The position numbers and the translations under genes were made by a program. 64,000 nucleotides of DNA, from NCBI GenBank assembly GCA_965204835.1, contig OZ242017.1:451842-515841 (forward strand), written 5' to 3'. The DNA is from Dehalococcoidia bacterium. Lineage in GTDB: Bacteria; Chloroflexota; Dehalococcoidia; UBA2979. The notes beneath the pieces are model-generated. The model was not told the origin of the DNA and did not search any database. It saw only the letters and a program-made list of their open reading frames with translations. This document shows positions 54,775 through 64,000 of the stretch, one piece after another. Every line of letters begins with the position of its first letter. Position 1 is the first letter of the stretch.

Positions 54775-55635
54775 ATGGACCAACTCGAAGGCCGCGTGGC
54801 CGTGATCACCGGTGGCGGGAGCGGCATCGGCGAAGGGCTGGCCCACGCCTGCCACGCGGCCGGCATGCGCGTCGTCCTCGGCGACGTCGAGGAGGACGAG
54901 GCCGCACGCGTCGCCAACGACGTGCGCGAGCTCGGCGGCGACGCCATCGCCGTCCGCGCCGACGTCTCCTCGCGCGAGTCGCTCGAGGAACTCGCCGCCC
55001 GCGCCTACGAGGCGTTCGACGCGGTGCACCTGCTGTGCAACAACGCGGGAGTGCTCAGCGTCGCGCCGCTCGTCGAGACGCCGGAGACGGACTGGGAGTG
55101 GACGCTCGGCGTGAACCTGATGGGTCCCATCCACGGCGTGCGCGCGTTCGTGCCGAGGATGCGCGAGCAGCCCGGCGACGAGGCGCACATCGTGAACACG
55201 GGCTCGGTGGCCGGCACGTTCCCCATCCGCGGGATGCCGATCGGCGTCTACACCGCCTCGAAGTACGCGGTCGTCGGCTACTCGGAGATGCTGCGCATGG
55301 AGCTCGAGCCCGACGGCATCGGCGTCTCGGTGTTGTGTCCCGGCGGGGTCGCGACGCGCATCCAGGAGGCCGGGCGCAACCGCCCGGACGCCCTCGGCGG
55401 CCCCATCGAGCAGGCGCCCGACGTGGCCGACCGGCGCCGGGAGCGAGCCACCACCGGGGTATCCCCGGATCAAGGAAGGCGGCGGCCTCCGCCGATGGAG
55501 CCGCGCGAGGTGGGCGAGCGCGTCCTCGACGGCGTGCGGGCGAACCGGCTCTACATCTTCACCCACGCCGACCAGCGCGGCCCGGTCGAGGAGCGCTACC
55601 ACGAGATGATGGCCGCCTACGACGCCATCGACTGA
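54775..55635 (+). CDS. SDR family short-chain dehydrogenase/reductase
   Basis: TGGGSGIG, NNAG and the YxxxK triad (YTASKYAV). Confidence 0.85.
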   Translation: MDQLEGRVAVITGGGSGIGEGLAHACHAAGMRVVLGDVEEDEAARVANDVRELGGDAIAVRADVSSRESLEELAARAYEAFDAVHLLCNNAGVLSVAPLVETPETDWEWTLGVNLMGPIHGVRAFVPRMREQPGDEAHIVNTGSVAGTFPIRGMPIGVYTASKYAVVGYSEMLRMELEPDGIGVSVLCPGGVATRIQEAGRNRPDALGGPIEQAPDVADRRRERATTGVSPDQGRRRPPPMEPREVGERVLDGVRANRLYIFTHADQRGPVEERYHEMMAAYDAID

Positions 55636-55645
55636 TGGACGCAGC

Positions 55646-56173
55646 GTGACCCCTCCCACGATCGAGCAGCCCTCGATCCAGCCACGCGCCGGGGAGGCCA
55701 CCGCCGAGCAGCGCGCCGCGCTGCGCGAGGCGATGCGACTGCACGCGCGCGACGAGGTCGATGCCGCGATCGCGGCGGCCGAGACGCTGGTGGAGAGCGT
55801 GCCCGACTTCTGCGAGGCCCACGCCTACCTCGGCAACACGCTGGTCACGCGCAGGCGCCGCTTCTCCGACGGCCTCGCCGCGCTTGAGCGCGCGGCCGCC
55901 CTCTGCCCGCGTGACGCGGCCATCCTCTACACGCTCGGCTGGTGCCGCGAGTTCGTCGCGAACGCGCTGGAGAAGCCGCGCGCGCCGCACCAGCCTGTCG
56001 AGCAGGACGCCGCCACGCTCTACGCCCTCACCACCGAGGTCATGCTGCGCGCGCTGGACTGCGACCCCGAGCCCGGCCTGCGTGGGGACATCGAGGACAT
56101 CCTCGACGTGGTCGCGAAGGCGACGGGCGTCCCGTGGGACGAAGGTGACGACACCGCCGGGGGCGGCGCCTGA
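55646..56173 (+). CDS. hypothetical helical (TPR-like) protein
   Basis: 175-aa ORF with a GTG start. Its stop shares a base with the downstream hydrolase ATG. Confidence 0.45.
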   Translation: MTPPTIEQPSIQPRAGEATAEQRAALREAMRLHARDEVDAAIAAAETLVESVPDFCEAHAYLGNTLVTRRRRFSDGLAALERAAALCPRDAAILYTLGWCREFVANALEKPRAPHQPVEQDAATLYALTTEVMLRALDCDPEPGLRGDIEDILDVVAKATGVPWDEGDDTAGGGA

Positions 56174-56970
56174 TGCCGCTCCTCGACCTCGACGACGGCT
56201 TCCGGCTGTACTACGAGCGCCACGGCGAGGGGCCGCCCGTGGTCTTCGCGCACGGCGCGGGCGGCAACGCCATGTCGTGGTGGCGGCAGGTCCCCGTCTT
56301 CGCCGAGCGCTACACCGTCGTCACCTTCGACCACCGCGCCTTCGGCCGCTCACCAGACGTCGAGGACGGCCCGGGGCGGAACGCGTTCGGCGCCGACGTG
56401 CTCGCGCTCCTCGACGCGCTCGGCCTGGGGCAGGTGCACTTCGTGGCCCACTCGATGGGGGCGCGCACGGCCATCGGCCTGATGCGCCTCGACCCGGAGC
56501 GATTCCGCTCGCTCACCGTCTCCGGCTCGAACGCCGGGTGCGTCGACGACCGCCTGCGGGAGCGCAAGGCCGAGCGCGCCGCCTCGGGCGTGACGGCGGG
56601 CACGCTGCTTCAGCGCGCGTTGCCCGAGGACTTCCGGGAGCGCGAGCCGGAGCTGTGGCACCTCTACCGCCAGATCCGCTCGATCAACCCGCCGCGCCCG
56701 CCGGACTTCCTCGCCCCCTCGCCCGCGCTGCGCAACTTCCGGGGCTCGTCGGCGACGAGGCTCATCGAGTCGGGCGTGCCGCTGCTGTGGATCGTCGGCG
56801 CGCTCGACCGCGTCATCCCGGCCGAGCTGGTGCGGATGTCGCACGAGCTCACGCCCGGCTCGCGCTACGCCGAGGTCGCCGACGCGGGCCACTCCGCCTA
56901 CTTCGAGCGCCCCGAGCCGTGGAACGCCGCGGTGCTGGCGTTCATCGACGAGGTGGAGGGGCGGACGTAG
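56173..56970 (+). CDS. alpha/beta hydrolase
   Basis: Nucleophile elbow HSMGA, HGAGGN and a C-terminal catalytic His (AGHSAYFE). Confidence 0.8.
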   Translation: MPLLDLDDGFRLYYERHGEGPPVVFAHGAGGNAMSWWRQVPVFAERYTVVTFDHRAFGRSPDVEDGPGRNAFGADVLALLDALGLGQVHFVAHSMGARTAIGLMRLDPERFRSLTVSGSNAGCVDDRLRERKAERAASGVTAGTLLQRALPEDFREREPELWHLYRQIRSINPPRPPDFLAPSPALRNFRGSSATRLIESGVPLLWIVGALDRVIPAELVRMSHELTPGSRYAEVADAGHSAYFERPEPWNAAVLAFIDEVEGRT

Positions 56971-57017
56971 CCGACCGTGATCGGCGCGTCGGTGAGCCCT
57001 CGGGCAGTGGGCTCTGG

Positions 57018-57305
57018 CTACCCGATACGCTCGTTGATCTCCGCGGCGAGGCGCATGTCGTAGTCGCTGATGCCGCCCACGTCGTGGGTGCTGAGCGCGA
57101 TGTGGACGCGGTTCCAGGTGTTGGTGAGGGTGGGGTGGTGGTTCATGCGCTCGGCGAGGATGCCGACCTGCGTGATCAGCCCCATGGCCGCGACGAAGTC
57201 CGCGAGTTGCACCTCGCGCACGATCTCATCCCCCTCGCGACTCCACCCCTCGAGGCCGGCGAGCGCCTCCTCGATCTCGGCATCGTTGAGCTTGTTCGCC
57301 GGCAT
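57018..57305 (-). CDS. 4a-hydroxytetrahydrobiopterin (pterin-4a-carbinolamine) dehydratase
   Basis: 95 aa from MPANKLNDAEIEEALAGLEGW with HHPTLTNTWNRV, the PCD signature. Confidence 0.8.
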   Translation of the reverse strand: MPANKLNDAEIEEALAGLEGWSREGDEIVREVQLADFVAAMGLITQVGILAERMNHHPTLTNTWNRVHIALSTHDVGGISDYDMRLAAEINERIG

Positions 57306-57440
57306 GTGGCACCTCGTTCCGCGTCGTGTGCGGGGAGCGTAGGAGTGTGGGGGCGAGGGGTGCAAGGGGCTGCGAAGGCGCGCCTGAGGCGACCGTCCGG
57401 CATGCTACGATCGCACCTCGAGAACTGACGGGAAGCGAAC

Positions 57441-57737
57441 GTGGTCGACACGACGCAGAGAACGTTCAACGGAGACACGCCCGACGGCGAGCGCTGGAGG
57501 CTCGTCAAGGCCGATCGTGATGCGGCCTGGGCGTACCTCAACGCTCGCCGAGCCGAACTACTCGAGCACTACCCCGGCGAGGAGATCGCGCTGCACAGGG
57601 ACCGCGTCGTCGTGCACGCTGATGACGCCGACGACTTCGAGCGCCTCCTCGAGCAATACGTAGCCGAATCGGGTACGGATCGGAACAGGCTCCACTTTGA
57701 GTACCTCGACCCCGACCCGCCGCTGTTCGCAGGCTAG
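57441..57737 (+). CDS. small protein (DUF5678-like), upstream partner of the aspartyl protease gene
   Basis: 98 aa with a GTG start. 9 nt separate it from the downstream gene. Confidence 0.45.
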   Translation: MVDTTQRTFNGDTPDGERWRLVKADRDAAWAYLNARRAELLEHYPGEEIALHRDRVVVHADDADDFERLLEQYVAESGTDRNRLHFEYLDPDPPLFAG

Positions 57738-57746
57738 ACGCAGGCT

Positions 57747-58163
57747 GTGCCGACAATCCATGGGTTCCGCGACACGGTCGGGCGTCCGCGCGTGAGTACG
57801 GCAGTGCGACTCCCCGGCTTGCGTGAGGAGTTGGTCATCGACTTCCTCCTCGACACGGGAGCGGATCGGACACTCATCCACGGACGCGATCTCCTGAGGT
57901 TTGAAGGAGGGTCCCCGGGCGCAGGCTCGGGGCTCACGCCAGGTGCCCGCGTGCTGGGCATCGGCGGTCAAACGCTCGACTATGCAGAGGAAGAGGCGGA
58001 GTACGTCTTCGCGGAGGACGATGGTGCCCTCTGGTCTCTCGAGGCACGTGCACACATCGCACTCGATCCCATCGCTCAAGGAGTTCCATCGCTCCTGGGC
58101 CGCGATGTACTCGACCTCATGCTGTTATGCATCTCCGAGCGCGAGATCACCCTCGACTGGTAG
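57747..58163 (+). CDS. retropepsin-like (clan AA) aspartic protease
   Basis: FLLDTGADRTLI contains the DTGA catalytic motif. 138 aa, single-domain size typical of bacterial retropepsin-like proteins. Confidence 0.7.
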   Translation: MPTIHGFRDTVGRPRVSTAVRLPGLREELVIDFLLDTGADRTLIHGRDLLRFEGGSPGAGSGLTPGARVLGIGGQTLDYAEEEAEYVFAEDDGALWSLEARAHIALDPIAQGVPSLLGRDVLDLMLLCISEREITLDW

Positions 58164-58190
58164 GAAACTGCAAGTAGGGAGACGGCCAAC

Positions 58191-59540
58191 GTGACCACCA
58201 TCCTGCAGGCCTTCGAGGCGCTCCACCCCACCTCCCGCACCCTCCACGAACGCGCGCGTGGCGTGTTCCCCTCCGGCGTCACCCACGACATCCGCGCCTT
58301 CTGGCCCTGGCCCGTCTACGTCGAGCGCGCCGAGGGGGCCCGCAAGTGGGACGTCGACGGGAACGAGTACGTGGACTACATCGGCGGGCACGGGGCGCTG
58401 CTGCTCGGGCACAACCGCCCCGAGGTGATCGAGGCCGTGCGCGGCGTGCTGGAGCGTGGGACGCACTTCGGCTCCTCCCATGACCTCGAGGTCGAGTGGG
58501 GCGAGCAGGTGCTGCGCATGGTGCCGTGCGGCGAACGCGTGCGCTTCACCTCCTCGGGCACCGAGGCGACGATGATCGCGCTGCGGCTGGCGCGCGCCTT
58601 CACCGGCCGCAACCGCGTCGTGAAGCTCGTCGAGCACTTCCACGGCTGGCACGACCTCGCCGTCGGCCACGTCGGCGTCGACGAGGCGCGCCCGGAGTCG
58701 GTCGGCGTCCCGCCGGGGTTCTACGAGGACCTGACGATCGTCCCGGCCGGCGACGTCGACGCGCTCGAGGAGGCGCTGGCGCCGCGTGACGTGGCGGCGG
58801 TGATCTTCGAGCCGACCGGCGCGCACTGGGGCACGCACCCGCTCGACCCCTCGTACCTGCGCGCGGCGCGCGAGGCGACGAGCGCGACGGGCGCCGCGCT
58901 GGTCTTCGACGAGGTGATCACGGGCTTCCGCATGGCGGCGGGCGGCGCCTCGGAGCGCTACGGCGTGGTGCCGGACCTCTCGACGCACGCCAAGATCCTC
59001 GCGGGCGGCCTGCCGGGGGGCTGCGTGACCGGGCGCGCCGAGTTCATCGAGATGATCGAGATGCGCGAGGACGACGCGGCGTGGAACACGCGGCGTCGCG
59101 TCTCGCACCAGGGCACGTACAACGCGCAGCCGCCCGCCGCGGCCGCCGGCATCGCCGCGCTCCGCCTCATCGAGGCGGGCGGCGAGGTCGAACGCGCCGA
59201 CGCTGCCGCGGCGAACCTCGTGCGCGGGCTCAACGAGCTCTTCGAGGAGCACTCGGTGCCGGGCTCCGCGTGGGCGGTCTCGTCGATGTGGCACCTCAAT
59301 CTCGGCTACGACGCGCCGCAGCCGTCGGACGTGGAGTGGGACGCCGCCGAGGAGCCGCGCGGCGTGGACGCCGCGCTGGTGCAGCCGCTCAAGCAGGCCC
59401 TGCTCAATCGCGGCGTTGACCTGATGGGGACCGGCGGCATGGTCTCCTCGGCGCACGGCGAGGCGGAGATCGCCGACACGGTCGAGGCGTTCGCGGGGGC
59501 GATCGAGGACCTCCGCGCCGAGGGACTGCTGGAGGCGTAG
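58191..59540 (+). CDS. class III (PLP-dependent) aminotransferase, glutamate-1-semialdehyde aminomutase-like
   Basis: 449 aa with FDEVITGFR and the lysine in LSTHAKILAGG. GGGAG is 8 nt before the GTG. Confidence 0.8.
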   Translation: MTTILQAFEALHPTSRTLHERARGVFPSGVTHDIRAFWPWPVYVERAEGARKWDVDGNEYVDYIGGHGALLLGHNRPEVIEAVRGVLERGTHFGSSHDLEVEWGEQVLRMVPCGERVRFTSSGTEATMIALRLARAFTGRNRVVKLVEHFHGWHDLAVGHVGVDEARPESVGVPPGFYEDLTIVPAGDVDALEEALAPRDVAAVIFEPTGAHWGTHPLDPSYLRAAREATSATGAALVFDEVITGFRMAAGGASERYGVVPDLSTHAKILAGGLPGGCVTGRAEFIEMIEMREDDAAWNTRRRVSHQGTYNAQPPAAAAGIAALRLIEAGGEVERADAAAANLVRGLNELFEEHSVPGSAWAVSSMWHLNLGYDAPQPSDVEWDAAEEPRGVDAALVQPLKQALLNRGVDLMGTGGMVSSAHGEAEIADTVEAFAGAIEDLRAEGLLEA

Positions 59541-59715
59541 TCGCCCGCTCGGTGCTCGGACGGTTCGCTGCTGCCGCCGGTTCGATTCCACACGTTATCC
59601 ACAAGATATAGACACTAAGCACGCCGGGGCGTAGATTTCCCGACCTTGCGCGTCTGGCGGGGTGCGCGCCGGAAGGAGTGGCTGCGCGCCGCCGACACGC
59701 GCCGCCTTCTGACGC

Positions 59716-60561
59716 ATGGTTGCTCCCCAGGTGTTGAGGCCGGGCCACCCCGGTCAACTCGTGGTCGCCTTCGCGGCCTTGCTCGTCGCTGTGGCCGCCG
59801 TCTGGCACGGCACGATGTCGCCGGTTCAGCCGTCTGCCGTCACGCGCTCTGACGCGAGCGGCGCGGAGAACTCGCTCGAGGCCGTGCGATCGCTGGTCGC
59901 ACATACGCCCGGGAACGGCGTGCTTCCAGGCGCGTCGCGGTCCGCCCGCGCGGGCGTCTCGCGTGGTTCGGTCGCCACCAGCCCCGCCGCCGCACCCGAT
60001 GCCGTCGCGCCGCACGAGGTCGTCGTACTGCCCGCTCCAGCCACCGCGCCGGGTGCGTCCTCGGCGCATGCGTCCGCGTCGCCGGGCGACGGTGACCGGG
60101 TGGAGAGACTGACGGTCGCTCCCTCGCAGCCGGTCGCACCGCCGACCTTCGAGGCCCGCTCGGCGGGTGGCCTGGCGGCCGTGTCGCAGGGCCGCGAGAG
60201 CCTGGCGTCGGTGGTCCACGCGACATCGACGCCGGATCTGGCGCCGGGTGACCGCGTGGTGGCGACGGTGAGCTTCTACTACTGCGCGGCGGGCTCCGGC
60301 CACCCGGGCGACGGCGGGGCGTGGTGCGGCGCGATGCGTGACGGCACGGTCGTCTACCCCGGCGCCGCCGCCTGCGACTACACGTACCTCGGCCAGCAGT
60401 TCCGCATCGAAGGCGACCCGACGGGGCGCGTCTACACGTGCAACGACACGGGGGGCGCCGTACACGGACTGCACCGTGATATCTGGTTCCGCACGAACAC
60501 CGAGGGGTGGAGCTGGCAGCGCGAGGTCGGCAGGAGCGTTGTCATCCAGATCGTGAACTAG
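59716..60561 (+). CDS. secreted 3D-domain (MltA/RlpA-like double-psi beta-barrel) protein
   Basis: N-terminal signal/TM segment. C-terminal FYYCAAG...DGTVVYPG...EGDPTGRVYTCNDTGGAV..RDIWF with the conserved Asp residues. Confidence 0.7.
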   Translation: MVAPQVLRPGHPGQLVVAFAALLVAVAAVWHGTMSPVQPSAVTRSDASGAENSLEAVRSLVAHTPGNGVLPGASRSARAGVSRGSVATSPAAAPDAVAPHEVVVLPAPATAPGASSAHASASPGDGDRVERLTVAPSQPVAPPTFEARSAGGLAAVSQGRESLASVVHATSTPDLAPGDRVVATVSFYYCAAGSGHPGDGGAWCGAMRDGTVVYPGAAACDYTYLGQQFRIEGDPTGRVYTCNDTGGAVHGLHRDIWFRTNTEGWSWQREVGRSVVIQIVN

Positions 60562-60646
60562 GTCCCTGCCAGGTGCTTGTGCTTGTGCGCACAGGGCCAA
60601 CCTCGATAATCTGTTCCCATCGCAAGCCCACCGGCGCGTGTCCCCC

Positions 60647-60672
60647 GACAGGGACACGCGTGTCGCCGCTCC
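60647..60672. promoter_or_regulatory. perfect 10-bp inverted repeat CGCGTGTCCC-ccgaca-GGGACACGCG, plus a 10-bp palindrome TGTGCGCACA at about 60580, between the 3D gene and the XRE regulator
   Basis: Seen directly. Candidate terminator or operator. Confidence 0.3.
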
Positions 60673-60699
60673 CACAGCGACGAAAGGGCGGCTCTGGCG

Positions 60700-61425
60700 A
60701 TGCGGGACGATCCGCGAGCGCGAGCCCGACGCGTTGAGGTCGGGATACGGCTGCGTGCGCTTCGGCGAGACCGCGGCCTGACCCAGGCCGACCTCGCGCG
60801 GGCAGCCAGGATGGGACAGGCCACCCTCTCGAACTACGAGAAGGGGAGCCGCGACATACCCGCCGTGCTCTTGGTGAGCGTGGCAGGCGCCCTGGAGTTG
60901 TCGATCGGCGAAGTGCTGGATGTGGACCACATCCTGATCGTGCGCGACCCGCGGATGCGCGAGGCAGTGCGCATCCTGGTGCGGTCACCGGAGGTGCTCG
61001 ACTCGATCGTGGGGCCGCGGCCCCCGCCACCACCCCGGCCGCGGAGAGCGAAGCCGCGCGAGCAGGACGCCGACGACGCCGAGAGCGCTGACGCCGAGGG
61101 CGGGGCCACCAAAGCGGAGGACCAGAGCGCCGAGGGCGACCCCGCGCAGGACGCCGGCGACGGCGACAGTGCCGAGGGCGACCCCGCGCAGGACGTCGGC
61201 GACGGCGACAGTGCCGATGAGGAGAGTGCCGCCGCCGACAGTGAGGCCAGCGGCGCCGAGGACGAGAGCGTCGAGGGCGACCCAGCGCAGGACGCCGAGG
61301 AAGGCGAGACTGCCGACGGCAAGGACGAGCGCGCCAAGGGCGAGAGTGCCGACGCGGAAGACGAGCGTGCCGACGCTGACGATCCCGGAGGTGTGGCCCA
61401 GCAGGACACTGGTACTCAAGCGTAG
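60700..61425 (+). CDS. XRE-family HTH transcriptional regulator with a long acidic, disordered C-terminal tail
   Basis: HTH LTQADLARAARMGQATLSNYEKG, then a tail rich in D, E, A and G residues. Confidence 0.7.
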   Translation: MRDDPRARARRVEVGIRLRALRRDRGLTQADLARAARMGQATLSNYEKGSRDIPAVLLVSVAGALELSIGEVLDVDHILIVRDPRMREAVRILVRSPEVLDSIVGPRPPPPPRPRRAKPREQDADDAESADAEGGATKAEDQSAEGDPAQDAGDGDSAEGDPAQDVGDGDSADEESAAADSEASGAEDESVEGDPAQDAEEGETADGKDERAKGESADAEDERADADDPGGVAQQDTGTQA

Positions 61426-61480
61426 ATTCGGGCGATGATCACTGCGGTGTGGCACGACCACTGGAAGGGCACACAGCACT

Positions 61481-61834
61481 ATGAGGGACTCTCCGACGAT
61501 GAGCCGCCGGATCGAGGTCGGGCGGCGATTACGGGAGGCGCGCAGCAGGCGCGGCCTCTCGCAGTCCGAGGTCTCGCAGTCTGCCGGTATCACCCAGGCA
61601 TCCCTCTCGAACTACGAGACCGGGAAGCGCGAGTTGCCCCTCTCCACCATCCTGAACCTCGCTGCCGCGCTCGACGTCTCGCTCGGTGACCTCATGGAGA
61701 CGCCCGAGATCATCGTGCTCCGCGACTCCAGGATCGCCAACGCGGTGCGTGCGCTCATGGACTCGCCGGAGCTGTTGGAGTCCGTGATCAACGGCGAGGA
61801 AATCGACAGCGAGGCTGTCGAGGTAGCGCGGTAA
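61481..61834 (+). CDS. XRE-family HTH transcriptional regulator (tandem paralog)
   Basis: HTH LSQSEVSQSAGITQASLSNYETG plus a shared C-terminal motif I(V/L)(L/V)RD.R...AVR.L..SPE.L.S. Confidence 0.7.
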   Translation: MRDSPTMSRRIEVGRRLREARSRRGLSQSEVSQSAGITQASLSNYETGKRELPLSTILNLAAALDVSLGDLMETPEIIVLRDSRIANAVRALMDSPELLESVINGEEIDSEAVEVAR

Positions 61835-62043
61835 CGTCGTCGACGGCCAGGACCAGCGAGCGGCTGCGGCGAGCCGCGCCCGCGCCGCGCGCCGAACCAC
61901 GTGCGCCGCGCACCCGTATACTAGTTGCGCCCCGGTGGGTCCCCCGGTGGATCGATCGCTGCCGCGGCTGATGCCCCCGGCAGGCTGGAGCCGCAGCGCG
62001 ACTTCCCCGCCGTGGCCGTCGCACGCGAAGCAAGGAGGCGGCA

Positions 62044-63444
62044 TTGGCTAGCGATCACCCGACCACCCTCGGAGCGTTGCGCCAGTCCGGCTACCGTGTC
62101 CGGCCCGTCCGCGAGGAGATGCGCGCGAACCTCATCGAGGCGCTGCGCAACGGCGTCGACCTGTTCCCCCACATCCAGGGCTACAGCGACACCGTCATCC
62201 CGCACCTCGAGAACGCGATCCTCTCCGGTCACGACATCATCCTGCTCGGCGAACGCGGCCAGGCGAAGTCGCGGCTGATCCGCAGCCTCATCGCGCTGCT
62301 CGACGAGTGGGTGCCCGCCATCGCCGGCGCCGAGATCCCCGAGGACCCGTTCGCGCCGATCAGCGAGCAGGCCCGCCAGATCGTCGACGAGCAGGGCGAC
62401 GACACCCCCATCGAGTGGGTGCATCGCGACGACCGCTACGGCGAGAAGCTCGCCACCCCCGACATCACGATCGCCGACCTCATCGGCGAGGTGGACCCGA
62501 TCAAGGTCGCCGAGGGCCGCTACCTCAGCGACCAGCTCACCATCCACTACGGCCTGATCCCGCGCACCAACCGCGGCATCTTCGCCATCAACGAGCTCCC
62601 GGACCTCGCCGAGCGCATCCAGGTCGGCCTCCTCAACGTCATGGAGGAGCGCGACGTCCAGATCCGCGGCCACAAGATCCGGCTCGACCTCGACGTCTTC
62701 ATCCTCGCCACCGCGAACCCCGAGGACTACACGAACCGCGGGCGCATCATCACCCCGCTCAAGGACCGCTACGGCTCCCAGATCCGCACCCACTACCCGC
62801 GCAGCATCGACGACGAGCTCGAGATCGTGCAGCAGGAGCGGGCGCACCTGGACATGGCCGGCAAGAACGAGGTCGTGCCGCGCTACATGGAAGAGATCAT
62901 CGCGGAGATCACACGCCTCGCGCGCCGCTCCCCGGACGTCAACCAGCGCTCCGGCGTCTCCGTCCGCGCCTCGATCTCCAACTACGAGGCGATGCTGGCG
63001 AACGCGCTGCGCCGCGCCATCCGGCTCGACGAGCCCGACGCCGTGCCGCGCATCTCCGACCTCGGCTTCCTGCGCGCCTCGCTCGAGGGCAAGGTCGAGC
63101 TGGAGACCGTCGACGAGGGGCGCGAGGACCAGATCATCGACCGCCTGATCCAGGGCGCGGTCGTCGCGGTCTTCAACCGCTACTGCTCGATCACGGACAT
63201 GGAGCCGCTGATCGAGGAGTTCAAGACCGGCACCACGGCCGAGGTCGGTGAGGATGTCGGCGCCGACACGTACGCCGAGATCGTCGGGCGCATCGCACCG
63301 CTCGCCGACGCCATCGCGGACATCCGCACCAACGGCTCCGAGGGCGAGCAGGCGGCGGCGGTCGAGTTCGTGCTGGAAGGGCTGCACCTCAACAAGCGGC
63401 TCAACAAGGACGCCGTCGGCGGAGGCGCACACTACCGGGGGTAG
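62044..63444 (+). CDS. AAA+ ATPase of the MoxR/ChlI (Mg-chelatase-like) class
   Basis: Walker A ILLGERGQAKSRL and Walker B-like segment IFAINELPD. Followed by a VWA-type gene. Confidence 0.65.
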   Translation: MASDHPTTLGALRQSGYRVRPVREEMRANLIEALRNGVDLFPHIQGYSDTVIPHLENAILSGHDIILLGERGQAKSRLIRSLIALLDEWVPAIAGAEIPEDPFAPISEQARQIVDEQGDDTPIEWVHRDDRYGEKLATPDITIADLIGEVDPIKVAEGRYLSDQLTIHYGLIPRTNRGIFAINELPDLAERIQVGLLNVMEERDVQIRGHKIRLDLDVFILATANPEDYTNRGRIITPLKDRYGSQIRTHYPRSIDDELEIVQQERAHLDMAGKNEVVPRYMEEIIAEITRLARRSPDVNQRSGVSVRASISNYEAMLANALRRAIRLDEPDAVPRISDLGFLRASLEGKVELETVDEGREDQIIDRLIQGAVVAVFNRYCSITDMEPLIEEFKTGTTAEVGEDVGADTYAEIVGRIAPLADAIADIRTNGSEGEQAAAVEFVLEGLHLNKRLNKDAVGGGAHYRG

Positions 63445-63447
63445 CAC

Positions 63448-64000
63448 ATGCCATTCACCGTTCGCTACTCCGCCTGGGACGGCACCCAGGAGATCGGCGA
63501 CCTCGAGGCCGGCGACATCCTCGAAGCCCTGTCCGACGACCTGATGAACTTCGGCGACCTGCAGCACGCGCTGCGCAACCTCATGCAGCGCGGCATGCGC
63601 GGCCCGCAGGGCATGCGCACGCCCGGCCTGCGTGACCTCCTTCACCAGCTCCGCCAGCAGCGCCGCGAGCGCCTGGACCAGTTCGACCTCGGCGGCGTGA
63701 TGGAGGACATCGCGCGGCAGCTCGAGGAGATCCTGGACCTCGAACGCTCCACGCTCGACGAGCGCATGGAGCAGGCGGGCGGTCCACGCGAGCCGGAGCC
63801 ACAGGCCGAGGGCCAGCCCGGCGCCGAGGGCGCCGAGGAGGGCGCCGACGGCGACGAGGCCTCGGGCCTCGCGGGCGGCGGCGAGCAGGACGGCGAGGGC
63901 GAGCAGGACGGCGAGATGGCCGCCCAGCAGGCCCCGGGTGGCGCGTCGGGCGGGCAGGACGGCTCGCCGGCGGGCCAGCAGGGCGGCGGCCAGCAGGGCG
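63448..64000 (+). CDS. VWA-domain partner of the MoxR-like ATPase, 3'-truncated at the window end
   Basis: ATG at 63448, 4 nt after the ATPase stop. The reading frame is open to the end of the window and ends in an acidic/Gly/Gln-rich region. Confidence 0.55.
   Translation, partial: MPFTVRYSAWDGTQEIGDLEAGDILEALSDDLMNFGDLQHALRNLMQRGMRGPQGMRTPGLRDLLHQLRQQRRERLDQFDLGGVMEDIARQLEEILDLERSTLDERMEQAGGPREPEPQAEGQPGAEGAEEGADGDEASGLAGGGEQDGEGEQDGEMAAQQAPGGASGGQDGSPAGQQGGGQQG

Overview
This is a 64-kb segment of a high-GC (about 70%) bacterial chromosome. It has twin-arginine (Tat) lipoproteins and several archaeal-type genes, which would fit an actinobacterial or Chloroflexi/Thermomicrobia-like lineage; the lineage is an inference only. 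Gene density is high and many adjacent genes overlap by 1 or 4 nt. The window contains five tRNA genes, a cobalamin riboswitch, and a peptide-type ABC importer split into two permease genes and two distant Tat-lipoprotein binding proteins. It also holds a CoA-ester catabolic cluster with a thiolase-like enzyme, an OB-fold partner, a MaoC hydratase pair, an acyl-CoA dehydrogenase and CoA transferases. A large surface-protein island follows a tRNA. The two most notable findings are these. First, a translationally coupled four-gene operon encodes a NurA-like nuclease, a HerA-like ATPase, SbcD and SbcC, which mirrors the archaeal HerA-Mre11-Rad50-NurA end-resection cluster. Second, a TlpA-like thioredoxin-fold gene carries a single in-frame TGA exactly where the first catalytic cysteine should be, so it is either a selenoprotein or a one-nucleotide pseudogene. 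Other findings include a fused and a split CoA-transferase paralog pair, several small toxin-antitoxin-like gene pairs, PaREP1/HEPN-like tandem paralogs, and an orphan BtuF-like lipoprotein behind a B12 riboswitch. While reading I found places where my position count differed by one base from the ORF-track coordinates, so every coordinate I derived myself (tRNAs, motifs, riboswitch, refined starts) may be off by 1-3 nt. CDS ends are anchored to the supplied ORF track.
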